The notes under the pieces were generated by a model that saw nothing but the letters and a program-made list of their open reading frames with translations, was not told where the DNA came from and made no database searches. The position numbers and the translations under genes were made by a program. From a virus (Duplodnaviria > Caudoviricetes), in the IMG/VR virus record IMGVR_UViG_3300025621_000021, positions 1 to 39,474 of that record: a stretch of DNA of 39,474 nt; one strand, given 5' to 3'. Every line of letters begins with the position of its first letter. Position 1 is the stretch's first letter. This document shows, piece after piece, positions 27,965 to 35,453 of the stretch.

Positions 27965-28192
27965 TTAGTATTTGTCGAGCGCCTCTAAATCTTCTAATAA
28001 AACATATAGCTTGCCGAATGCTCCTTGCGCTTGTTTGGTCATATCTTTAAAGCGCCCACTTTCTAAGTTTTTACTTACGCAGTCGGCACTTAGCATATAT
28101 TCGCCTTTTCTTGGTCTTTCGGTTGTTGGCACTTCCATCATGGCAAATTGACTGCCCCCTCCAATAGTTGTGGCAATAAAAAAAGAACTCAT
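27965..28192 (-). CDS. Hypothetical protein
   Basis: 75 aa, ATGA-coupled to upstream gene. Confidence 0.65.
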   Translation of the reverse strand: MSSFFIATTIGGGSQFAMMEVPTTERPRKGEYMLSADCVSKNLESGRFKDMTKQAQGAFGKLYVLLEDLEALDKY

Positions 28193-28362
28193 ATTGGTCT
28201 AGCCTCTCCTTCTATGTTTATGTAATGTAGATTTCTCTTTTTTGCTAATGACTCTGCTAACTCTATGGCTTTTGCCTCGCTAGTTAATTCGTCAATAAAT
28301 TTTCCAAAAGAAAAAACTTGAATCCAATTAGTAAAATTTTTGTTTCGTCTAACGCTTATCAT
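28189..28362 (-). CDS. Small protein (57 aa), paralog of 25236-25406
   Basis: Own translation MISVRRNKNFTNWIQVFSFGKFIDELTSEAKAIELAESLAKKRNLHYINIEGEARPI. Confidence 0.7.
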   Translation of the reverse strand: MISVRRNKNFTNWIQVFSFGKFIDELTSEAKAIELAESLAKKRNLHYINIEGEARPI

Positions 28363-28445
28363 TATGTTTTAATTGTTTGAAATAATATCTTTGTGCATCA
28401 TATAAAATACAACGATCCAAGGCAAGAATAAAAGTATGTCGTAGC

Positions 28446-28700
28446 TCATTTGTAGACTCCTTTCATTTCGTCAGACACTCCGATGTCTTGATCCTCTTCG
28501 TCAATGTCTTCAGCAACATCAGAATGAAGAAATTGTTTTTCGTCTTCGATGTCAGCATTGGCGACATTAAAAAGTCCATTCTCACCGATAACTTCCTCGG
28601 TTTTAACTTCTTCAACGAAGTTGTCAACCAATGCGTTGGATGTACCTTGGCTTGCAAGGACTGCGTTTTTAATAAGGTTAATTCTTTCTTGTTCTTCCAT
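28446..28700 (-). CDS. Very acidic small protein
   Basis: 84 aa; TTGACA-N17-TAGATT-N5-ATG. Confidence 0.7.
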   Translation of the reverse strand: MEEQERINLIKNAVLASQGTSNALVDNFVEEVKTEEVIGENGLFNVANADIEDEKQFLHSDVAEDIDEEDQDIGVSDEMKGVYK

Positions 28701-28721
28701 AATATATAATCTAGTTTAATT

Positions 28722-29003
28722 TTAGTTTTTTGTCAAGCTGTAAAGAAGTTTTTCTCTAGCTTTCTTTTTTTTGTTAAGATGACTCATGGCTAAATGCTTA
28801 AACATTTCCCTTTCTTTATTCGAGTATGCATTAGTTAGTTCCATCGCTTCGTCTAATTCAAAGCCCGAGTCTATTAGTTTTTTAATTGAAAATTTATCAT
28901 CTTGTATTGATTTTCTTTTTATCTCTGCCCATTCAAAAGCTTTAGATTTTATTCTTTTTGTGTTTTTTTCTGCTTCTTGTTTGATTGCTAATAAGTTATT
29001 CAT
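28722..29003 (-). CDS. Basic helical protein
   Basis: 93 aa; promoter TTGCTA-N17-TACTAT between gene and R7. Confidence 0.65.
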   Translation of the reverse strand: MNNLLAIKQEAEKNTKRIKSKAFEWAEIKRKSIQDDKFSIKKLIDSGFELDEAMELTNAYSNKEREMFKHLAMSHLNKKKKAREKLLYSLTKN

Positions 29004-29103
29004 ATCTTCATATATAGTTTAGTTTTGTTGATTAGATAAGTACATAGTAAGCCAGTTTTCTAGTTATAGCAAGAAAAAAGATCATTAGTTTTGCATATTG
29101 TTC

Positions 29104-29170
29104 TAAGTCGTTGAGCATCAAGGACTTCTGCGGGCCGGGCCGCCGTAAGTCATTGACTTACAGTGACTTA
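29104..29170 (-). repeat. 67-bp element R7 (reverse core)
   Basis: TAAGTCGTTG agcat CAAGGACTTC t GCGGGCCGGGCCGCC g TAAGTCATTG actta CAGTGACTTA. Confidence 0.95.
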
Positions 29171-29175
29171 GGGAA

Positions 29176-29397
29176 TTATTCTTCCATCATCCACTCGTCA
29201 AGAGCATAAGTGTCTAAATCCTCATCCTTATAACTCGCACCGTCGGGTGTTTCTGTTTGGTCGCAAGCTTCTAGCTCATTCGCTAAATCCTTATAGTGAA
29301 CAAATCTTCGAGCCATCTTATAAAGCCCTTCGTCGTTAGCTAACCATAAAGCCACATTCCAAGTCGCCCAATTCTTCCATCCGTTGTATCCTTCCAT
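29176..29397 (-). CDS. Small phage protein with YNGWxNWxTWNVALW motif
   Basis: 73 aa; recurrent early-region phage motif; stop 5 nt from R7. Confidence 0.75.
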   Translation of the reverse strand: MEGYNGWKNWATWNVALWLANDEGLYKMARRFVHYKDLANELEACDQTETPDGASYKDEDLDTYALDEWMMEE

Positions 29398-29401
29398 AGT
29401 C

Positions 29402-29593
29402 TTACCCTTCTATTAGTTGCTTAAATTGATCGTAAACTTTTTGCTTGCTACCTTTTAGGTTAAACTCGTCCTTAACGATGGAGTAGCAACTCCTACCCCT
29501 TGACATCCTCAAGCCATTAAGCTCAAGCCTTAGCCCCCGAAGTAATGTTTTAAATCTGAATGCTTCAATTTGTGTTGGTGTGTTTAGTATCAT
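29402..29593 (-). CDS. Small basic phage protein
   Basis: ATG 29593 after TTGACA-N17-TATATT-N6; LRLELNGLRMSRGRSCYSIVKDEFNLKGSKQKV. Confidence 0.7.
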   Translation of the reverse strand: MILNTPTQIEAFRFKTLLRGLRLELNGLRMSRGRSCYSIVKDEFNLKGSKQKVYDQFKQLIEG

Positions 29594-29607
29594 ATCTTTA
29601 ATATAGT

Positions 29608-29793
29608 TTAGTTGTTGTCTTGTGTCAAGTCTTCTTTTTCTAATTGTACTCTGATGTATAGGTCGCCATTCTCGTCTTCGTCCATGTCGGCATAATTGCA
29701 ATCTTTAAAATCTTTAATGTCGTATCCTCTAATATTATCAATAGAGAAAGAGCATAAATCATTTCCTCGGTAATCTTCAATCTGTATTATCAT
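29608..29793 (-). CDS. Small acidic protein
   Basis: 61 aa ORF. Confidence 0.6.
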   Translation of the reverse strand: MIIQIEDYRGNDLCSFSIDNIRGYDIKDFKDCNYADMDEDENGDLYIRVQLEKEDLTQDNN

Positions 29794-29804
29794 ATCTTTA
29801 TGTG

Positions 29805-30050
29805 TTAAACGATTTCTTTTACCATTTTCATTAGTCCCTTTACTTCGTCTAGGTTTTGTTGAAGCAAGTTAAGTTGTGCAAGTATGCCTTTGTAACCGAC
29901 ATATCCTCCATTCATGTGACCCTGCCAAGTGTCGCCCACTTTCTTGAATGAAACATCCCAACCACAATGATAATCATATGCTTTTAGGATGCCGTTTGGC
30001 AAGAGTTCAAATGTTAGTTCTTTTCCGTTTGTTTTGTCTTTTAATGTCAT
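29805..30050 (-). CDS. Hypothetical protein
   Basis: 81 aa; TTGCGT-N17-TAGTTT-N6-ATG. Confidence 0.7.
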   Translation of the reverse strand: MTLKDKTNGKELTFELLPNGILKAYDYHCGWDVSFKKVGDTWQGHMNGGYVGYKGILAQLNLLQQNLDEVKGLMKMVKEIV

Positions 30051-30116
30051 ATAAACAAACTAAGGTATAAACCTAATTAACGCAAGAAAAAAGTTAAGTT
30101 TTTTTGCATATTGTTC

Positions 30117-30183
30117 TAAGTCGTTGAGCATCAAGGACTTCTGCGGGCCGGGCCGCCCTAAGTCGTTGAGTATCAATGACTTA
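30117..30183 (-). repeat. 67-bp element R8 (reverse core)
   Basis: TAAGTCGTTG agcat CAAGGACTTC t GCGGGCCGGGCCGCC c TAAGTCGTTG agtat CAATGACTTA. Confidence 0.95.
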
Positions 30184-30235
30184 CAGGGGTAAAAATAAAG
30201 CTTGCAATTAGCCCCAAATAGAGGTATATTAAGAT

Positions 30236-30565
30236 ATGAAATTAATAATAGACGACATCGACCCTAGCGAACATACATTCTTCGCATCAATCTCAAACGA
30301 CGACTGCCAAAAAATGATCTTGAGATGCTCCTTCTACACAGACGAGCAGGAAGAATTGTATGGAGATCAAGTTTCAGCGATTCATGTGGTCGGCTACTTC
30401 AATTCAGTCGAGGAGATTGTAGCTTACGGAGATCATGGATTTCCGATGACCCCGCCTGTTGAGCTAGTAAAATCAGCTATGGATCAGCTTAAGGATGTTG
30501 AACTAGAAATTGAGTCTCGAGAATGTGAAGTCGATTACTCACCTCAATACTACGATCTAGTTTAA
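30236..30565 (+). CDS. Acidic protein, single-gene cassette between inverted R8 and R9
   Basis: 109 aa; TTGCAA-N17-TATATT-N5-ATG. Confidence 0.75.
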   Translation: MKLIIDDIDPSEHTFFASISNDDCQKMILRCSFYTDEQEELYGDQVSAIHVVGYFNSVEEIVAYGDHGFPMTPPVELVKSAMDQLKDVELEIESRECEVDYSPQYYDLV

Positions 30566-30571
30566 ACCCCC

Positions 30572-30638
30572 TAAGTCGTTGACAACCAATGGGTTGCGGC
30601 GGCCCGGCCCGCCTAAGTCGTTGACTATCAATCACTTA
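30572..30638 (+). repeat. 67-bp element R9
   Basis: TAAGTCGTTG acaac CAATGGGTTG c GGCGGCCCGGCCCGC c TAAGTCGTTG actat CAATCACTTA. Confidence 0.95.
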
Positions 30639-30756
30639 GGAGAACTTCTTTCAACTCTGTGACTGACCACCCCGAAAGCTGAGAAAGCTCCCGGAGTGTC
30701 ATTGATATATTTGAGTCAAATGTATTTGTTACTTTTTCTTTTGTCCATTTATTCAT
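30628..30756 (-). CDS. Small HTH-like protein (42 aa), stop codon inside R9
   Basis: Own translation MNKWTKEKVTNTFDSNISMTLRELSQLSGWSVTELKEVLLSD; ATGA overlap with the Gp88-like gene. Confidence 0.65.
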   Translation of the reverse strand: MNKWTKEKVTNTFDSNISMTLRELSQLSGWSVTELKEVLLSD

Positions 30757-31490
30757 GAGTTTGTCCCTTCTACTACGAATCCTGTTTCATCCTTCTTTGC
30801 CAAACCTTTTTCGATAAGACCAACAACAACACCTTTCTTGTCAAGAAAACGCAAGTCAGTTTCATCACCATTGACGACCTCAAAGCCTTTCCATGTTTTG
30901 GGTAATTGATTGCGAAATACAACGGCAACATTGCCACCCATTAAAAGAACCATCTCGCACTTTTTGTCGTTATTCTCTGAGCGAGAAAAAGTTAAATGAT
31001 AATTAGAGGGAAATTTTGCCTCGCCCTTGATAAAAGGTTTGCCGAGAAAAGAACACATTCTTTTGAATGATTTGGTATAATCATAAAATTGAGTTGATGA
31101 GTGCTTTTCAAGAATAGTCGCACCATCCTCATTGATCTCATTTTCCCACATGATGTCGCTTGTAAGATTAGGACGAAATACAGCTTTCATGCTTTTCTTT
31201 TGTGCCGACTTAATTGAAGAAGTAATTTCTTTGGATAATTTCTCAAAAAACTCCATTTTCTTCTCAAAGAACAATTTTGTTTTGTTGATGCGTGAATCTT
31301 GAACAGATCCCATTTGACCACGACCTGCCGTATTCAAACAAGACATTGTGCAACCTTTAGAACGCCATTGGCAAGTTTCGTAGCCTGAAAGATTTGCTGG
31401 AGCTAAATGAATTCCTTTTGTGATGTAACCGAGTTTTTCTCCTTTGAGAATTTTTTGATTACCTGATGTGAGAAGTGTTGTTTTAATCAT
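30753..31490 (-). CDS. Gp88-like (radical-SAM-related) phage protein
   Basis: TCQWRSKGCTMSCLNTAGRG Cys triad, FRPNLTSDI, FYDYTK, NYHLTFS, GDETDLRFLD; leaderless promoter. Confidence 0.75.
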   Translation of the reverse strand: MIKTTLLTSGNQKILKGEKLGYITKGIHLAPANLSGYETCQWRSKGCTMSCLNTAGRGQMGSVQDSRINKTKLFFEKKMEFFEKLSKEITSSIKSAQKKSMKAVFRPNLTSDIMWENEINEDGATILEKHSSTQFYDYTKSFKRMCSFLGKPFIKGEAKFPSNYHLTFSRSENNDKKCEMVLLMGGNVAVVFRNQLPKTWKGFEVVNGDETDLRFLDKKGVVVGLIEKGLAKKDETGFVVEGTNS

Positions 31491-31555
31491 AACTACATAC
31501 TAAGGCACTTTTTCAATTAACACAAGAAAAAAATCAATTAAAATGAAAATAGTTC

Positions 31556-31622
31556 TAACTCGTTGAATACCAAGCACTTGCGCGGGCCTGGCCGCCATAA
31601 GTCGTTGATTATCAACAACTTA
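31556..31622 (-). repeat. 67-bp element R10 (reverse core)
   Basis: TAACTCGTTG aatac CAAGCACTTG c GCGGGCCTGGCCGCC a TAAGTCGTTG attat CAACAACTTA. Confidence 0.95.
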
Positions 31623-31734
31623 GATAAAGAAAATAAAATGAAAATAATAGCACTTTTTTCTTGCCTAAACCCAATAAGTAGACTACTATATACTTATAAA
31701 CCAAATAATAACACTACTAAAAAAAAGGAAAAAT

Positions 31735-32043
31735 ATGACACACACAGTAAACAAAGAAACATTAGAAAATGCAGTTCAAATGAAACAAGGAATCGTAGTA
31801 CACGATTTAGAAACCCTCAATCGTTTGGTCGGTGATGCGATTCTTCAGGTCGCCTCCCAAGATACAATGGGATCAATCAATGCTAAATCTGCGGTAGAGA
31901 AAGTTGCCAAAGATCAATTCGAAAAAGATTACGGAAGTCGCCAGATCTCATGGGTAGATTATGCTACCAAATTCTCCGAGAATCTTGATGGCAATCCTTT
32001 TCTTCTTGACGAGATTCTCGCTAATAGATTAGAAAGGTCTTAA
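31735..32043 (+). CDS. Hypothetical protein, single-gene cassette between inverted R10 and R11
   Basis: 102 aa; promoter TTGCCT..TACTAT from 31661; AAGGA upstream of ATG. Confidence 0.75.
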   Translation: MTHTVNKETLENAVQMKQGIVVHDLETLNRLVGDAILQVASQDTMGSINAKSAVEKVAKDQFEKDYGSRQISWVDYATKFSENLDGNPFLLDEILANRLERS

Positions 32044-32056
32044 TCAAAAAACCTCG

Positions 32057-32123
32057 TAACTCGTTGATTATCAACGGGTTACGGCGGCCAGGCCCGCGCA
32101 AGTCGTTGACCATCAACAACTTA
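32057..32123 (+). repeat. 67-bp element R11
   Basis: TAACTCGTTG attat CAACGGGTTA c GGCGGCCAGGCCCGC g CAAGTCGTTG accat CAACAACTTA. Confidence 0.95.
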
Positions 32124-32141
32124 GGTAATTAAGGTAGAAAT

Positions 32142-32175
32142 AAAAAAGCCCCTCCCCGAATACTCAGAGAGGGGC
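32142..32175 (-). terminator. Rho-independent terminator after DUF932-like gene
   Basis: Minus strand GCCCCTC..GAGGGGC followed by TTTTTT. Confidence 0.75.
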
Positions 32176-32188
32176 AAGTAATGACTAT

Positions 32189-33031
32189 TTACGCCAAAAC
32201 TAATTCGGATCCGACTTTTTCTTTTTCGATGCCGACAAAAGGATCAAGCACCGAATGAAGAGCATATGACCTGTTCATGAGGTGAGCAGGTTGGGAGCTT
32301 AGTTGTAAGTTGCCCTTATATACTTCTGTAAAAGCATTATAAAGTGAATTTACATTTCTATCCCAAAATGAAGGGTGATCGCTAGATTCCCATTGATTCA
32401 ATACATCGGGGATTCTTTGCAGGTTGATCGCCTTAGCTTGATAAGCCTTGACGATTAAATCGTTTGCCTCAGAGTTAGTGATCTCTTTCTCTTGGTAAGA
32501 CTTGACCCGATTGTCTTGAGTGTTCCACATTGTAAAGAGTTGACCCAATCCGCTTGAGATTTTTTGACTAATCACATCAAGCAACTTATCAAGTTCGCCC
32601 ATGTGCTTGCGAGCAACGACAACCTCGTTAGAAAAGATTAAGTTGTCGCACACAAAGGGAGCATCACCTGCACACATACCCGCAGCGAATGCTTTATCGT
32701 GAGCGTTACGCAACCCGATAATGGTTGCCCTTTCCTCTTGACCCTTTCTTGAGCCGTGGCTCACTTGAAACAGCCCAAAGTATCTTGCTCCATCTTTAGC
32801 TAGATTATGGCATTCGCTTTGCACTTGGAAGTGCCTAGAGGACAATTCACTTCTGAATCTATTAATCATGTCAATATGACTGATAGGTTGATGAGATACA
32901 GAGCGAGAGCCGTCTTTATTGAGCTTTTCCCTGTATGTTGCTAATGGAGTATTAACGGCTTTAACTTGTGAGAGATTGACGACATCATGCTCGCCTCCGC
33001 AGATTGTTAGGTTGGATTTTCTTGTTATCAT
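32189..33031 (-). CDS. DUF932-like protein
   Basis: HQPISH, DGARYFGLF, IGLRNAHDK, FVCDNLIF, SLYNAFTE motifs; leaderless promoter. Confidence 0.75.
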   Translation of the reverse strand: MITRKSNLTICGGEHDVVNLSQVKAVNTPLATYREKLNKDGSRSVSHQPISHIDMINRFRSELSSRHFQVQSECHNLAKDGARYFGLFQVSHGSRKGQEERATIIGLRNAHDKAFAAGMCAGDAPFVCDNLIFSNEVVVARKHMGELDKLLDVISQKISSGLGQLFTMWNTQDNRVKSYQEKEITNSEANDLIVKAYQAKAINLQRIPDVLNQWESSDHPSFWDRNVNSLYNAFTEVYKGNLQLSSQPAHLMNRSYALHSVLDPFVGIEKEKVGSELVLA

Positions 33032-33069
33032 AGTATTATAGTAGTGTATTTTTTTTAATTTGTCAAGGA

Positions 33070-33300
33070 TTAATTTTTATAGTTTTGGTCTAATCCTGTT
33101 TTGTTTAGTATTTCGTATGCAGTTGCTTTTTCAGCTATAGCTTTGAGTGTTTCGCCTATCATGTCAAGGACTTTGAAGTCATCAATGTTAAGTTCTTTTT
33201 GCATTGGTTCGATGACCATCTCAAACAAGACGCTTTGCATTGCTTCCATGACTTCGTCGGGAGATGGTTGACTCTTTGCGTAGGATTCGTTTATATTCAT
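33070..33300 (-). CDS. Hypothetical protein
   Basis: 76 aa ORF. Confidence 0.65.
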   Translation of the reverse strand: MNINESYAKSQPSPDEVMEAMQSVLFEMVIEPMQKELNIDDFKVLDMIGETLKAIAEKATAYEILNKTGLDQNYKN

Positions 33301-33301
33301 T

Positions 33302-33466
33302 TTAGTCTTCTTTTAGTTGTATGTCGTAATGCTCGCCATCTTTAAGCACCATAGATGCAAAGTTTTTTAAACCTAGCTTTGCTTGCTCTAATGTATAGGC
33401 TTTAGTTCTTGCGATCTCTACCCACGCCCCTGATGATGTGTTTGCCATTAATTGATATATATTCAT
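33302..33466 (-). CDS. Small protein (54 aa)
   Basis: Own translation MNIYQLMANTSSGAWVEIARTKAYTLEQAKLGLKNFASMVLKDGEHYDIQLKED; ATGA overlap. Confidence 0.6.
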   Translation of the reverse strand: MNIYQLMANTSSGAWVEIARTKAYTLEQAKLGLKNFASMVLKDGEHYDIQLKED

Positions 33467-33579
33467 GCTAATTTTGTTTTATGTTTTAGTTTTCTATGCA
33501 AGACTTTATTCTTCATCTTGAATGGTCGAGCCTTAGTGAAAAGGATTTGTTTTCTTATCTTTATCTCTCTCGCTTTCAT
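33463..33579 (-). CDS. Small basic peptide (38 aa) with RKxKHK C-terminus
   Basis: ATG 33579 after TTGCGT-N17-TACTAT-N6; track start 33666 lies inside R12. Confidence 0.65.
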   Translation of the reverse strand: MKAREIKIRKQILFTKARPFKMKNKVLHRKLKHKTKLA

Positions 33580-33644
33580 ATATACATAGTAAGCTAATTT
33601 AATAATTAACGCAAGAAAAAAGTGAATTAAAACAAAGATAGTTG

Positions 33645-33711
33645 TAAGTCGTTGAATATCAGGCACTTGCGCGGGCCAGGCCGCCGTAAGTCGTTGATAG
33701 TTAAGTAGTTA
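33645..33711 (-). repeat. 67-bp element R12 (reverse core)
   Basis: TAAGTCGTTG aatat CAGGCACTTG c GCGGGCCAGGCCGCC g TAAGTCGTTG atagt TAAGTAGTTA. Confidence 0.93.
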
Positions 33712-33712
33712 C

Positions 33713-33744
33713 AAAAAACCCCCCTTTCGGATTCGAAAGGAGGG
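33713..33744 (-). terminator. Rho-independent terminator abutting R12
   Basis: Minus strand CCCTCCTTTCG-aatc-CGAAAGGGGG followed by T tract. Confidence 0.75.
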
Positions 33745-33771
33745 ATAATGATATTAAGCAAAGTCTATTTG

Positions 33772-33978
33772 CTAATTTCGCTTTTCTAATCGGTAAAGCT
33801 CAAAAAGGTCATTGCGATGACTTTCATAAGCCTGTTGAGACTTGTCGCCCCGCATCTCCTTGAGGGCCAAGCTATACCCTTGTGACCTAAGACTTGACCG
33901 AAGCCAATTAGCTTTTTTGTTTGCCAAGTCGTTGGCGTCGCTTAAATTTCTATCCTTTAATAATTCTGATGATGACAT
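33772..33978 (-). CDS. Hypothetical protein
   Basis: 68 aa ORF. Confidence 0.6.
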   Translation of the reverse strand: MSSSELLKDRNLSDANDLANKKANWLRSSLRSQGYSLALKEMRGDKSQQAYESHRNDLFELYRLEKRN

Positions 33979-33982
33979 AATA

Positions 33983-34219
33983 TTATACTCCTTTGGTTAG
34001 CGATACGATACGATCATAACGGAAGGAACGAACTCCTCCTTTGTTGTGGCAGAAACTTCTGAAGCCCGCAACTTTGATGGCTTGGGCAACATTGCCAAAC
34101 TCATTCTTGTGTTGTGGTTTTTCGATGGTGTACATCTCGGTTCTTCCGTCCGCAGTTGTATAGACTACGCTATAAAGTGGGTTGAAGATTCTTTTGATTG
34201 TGTTGATTAGTTTTAGCAT
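33983..34219 (-). CDS. WYL/Sm-like small domain protein
   Basis: YTTADGRTE..GFRSFCHNKGGVRSFRYDRIVSL resembles the WYL-domain R.FR.DRI signature; ATG 34219 preferred. Confidence 0.55.
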   Translation of the reverse strand: MLKLINTIKRIFNPLYSVVYTTADGRTEMYTIEKPQHKNEFGNVAQAIKVAGFRSFCHNKGGVRSFRYDRIVSLTKGV

Positions 34220-34437
34220 GATGCTTTTTCCTCCGTTTTTGTGTTGTAGTAGTTGTAAGTCTCGCAAGCCTCATCGGCTGATTCAAAACTTACTGCGATT
34301 AAATCTCTTTGGATGTCGTGACAGAACCAAGGTGTTTCTGACTCTTCAAAAAACAATTCCCATTGCTCTGTGTCTTCGTTGTAATTAGGAAGGTCAAGGG
34401 GTCTGCCTTCACATACTGATTCTATATAATTGTTCAT
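34213..34437 (-). CDS. Small acidic protein
   Basis: 74 aa ORF. Confidence 0.65.
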   Translation of the reverse strand: MNNYIESVCEGRPLDLPNYNEDTEQWELFFEESETPWFCHDIQRDLIAVSFESADEACETYNYYNTKTEEKASC

Positions 34438-34454
34438 GGTTTTATTCTCTCAAA

Positions 34455-34667
34455 TTAAGAGTCGTGTGTCAACTCTTTTAATATTTCTTTTTGTACTCTT
34501 GCTTTTTTATTTTGGTCGTCTACTATCTTTGCTAAACGAACTAGCTCGGCAGTTACCTCTTTCTTTGATTGGGCAGGTGCTTTTGGATTCTTGAGGACTT
34601 CTACTAATGGAGGAATAATGGATGCCCAAGTTGGTGTGATATCTATTGTTTTTTCTGTTTCTTTCAT
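34455..34667 (-). CDS. Small protein (MKETEKTIDITPTW..)
   Basis: ATG 34667 after TTGACA-N17-TATATT-N6. Confidence 0.7.
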   Translation of the reverse strand: MKETEKTIDITPTWASIIPPLVEVLKNPKAPAQSKKEVTAELVRLAKIVDDQNKKARVQKEILKELTHDS

Positions 34668-34964
34668 AACTATAATATAGGTTAGTTTGTTGTGTGTGTC
34701 AAGCGTTCTTATAAAGAATCTTCTTCCCATTTGTTTTTAATTTTCATCTAAATTAAAGTGATCCACATTGCAGTGAAATAATTCTTCATCTTTGTCCATA
34801 ATAGCCACAAGATCATCGTAAACATAACTCATAAGATCGTCAAGATCCATGTCGTCTACAATTTTTTGTGCTACTGCCATCACATTCTCGTCTGTATAAT
34901 TCATTATTGTTTTTTCTGTTTCTTTCATAAGTATAATATAGGTTAGTTTGTTGTGTGTGTCAAG
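34644..34964. repeat. 60-bp direct repeat (34644-34703 and 34905-34964) covering promoter plus first 8 codons
   Basis: tattgttttttctgtttctttcataa[c/g]tataatataggttagtttgttgtgtgtgtcaag, one mismatch. Confidence 0.9.
34737..34928 (-). CDS. Small very acidic protein (MKETEKTIMNY..)
   Basis: 63 aa with duplicated promoter. Confidence 0.7.
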   Translation of the reverse strand: MKETEKTIMNYTDENVMAVAQKIVDDMDLDDLMSYVYDDLVAIMDKDEELFHCNVDHFNLDEN

Positions 34965-34976
34965 GGTTTTGTTAAT

Positions 34977-35198
34977 TCAGCAAGGGATTGGTGAGTCTTC
35001 GTCTGTTACGATGGTTACTCCGAAATGAGATGCTAGCTCTGAAATCATTGTATCCTTATTGAAATAATTATATGCATGGGTTAAAAGTTGCTCTTGCTCT
35101 TCTCCTGTATGCCCATCTCTGAGTTCGTCATATATCTCAAAGATGTTCATGTTCCAATTCCAGCCTTCTACTCTTGATTCTATCTGTGATTTTGTCAT
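34977..35198 (-). CDS. Hypothetical protein
   Basis: 73 aa ORF. Confidence 0.65.
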   Translation of the reverse strand: MTKSQIESRVEGWNWNMNIFEIYDELRDGHTGEEQEQLLTHAYNYFNKDTMISELASHFGVTIVTDEDSPIPC

Positions 35199-35217
35199 AT
35201 TTTTTTTGTTTGTTTGT

Positions 35218-35451
35218 TTATAGTTGTGCTGATTGGAAAGATGATTCTATCCTAAGCTCATTTTGTAATGAGGTCAAGCTCAAAACAATATCCTCTAAGA
35301 TTTCTTCTGCGGACTGAATAGTCGCACCAAGTGGAAACTTGTCGGGGTGTTGTTCGTGTCGATCCAAACATACTTTGGACATCGGATCGGCATATGCCAT
35401 TTCTCCTCTGACTATGTCTAGAATGGTTTCTCTAATTTTTGCTTGTGTCAT
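35218..35451 (-). CDS. Hypothetical protein
   Basis: 77 aa ORF. Confidence 0.65.
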   Translation of the reverse strand: MTQAKIRETILDIVRGEMAYADPMSKVCLDRHEQHPDKFPLGATIQSAEEILEDIVLSLTSLQNELRIESSFQSAQL

Positions 35452-35453
35452 AA

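Noticed and set aside
24098-30565. Paralogy between 24098-24376 (MKLILED) and 30236-30565 (MKLIIDD)
   Set aside because: Similarity limited to the first few residues and acidic composition; cannot be supported without a profile alignment
31563-31835. 90-aa ORF starting inside R10
   Set aside because: Spans the element and promoter and overlaps the better-supported gene 31735-32043 in another frame
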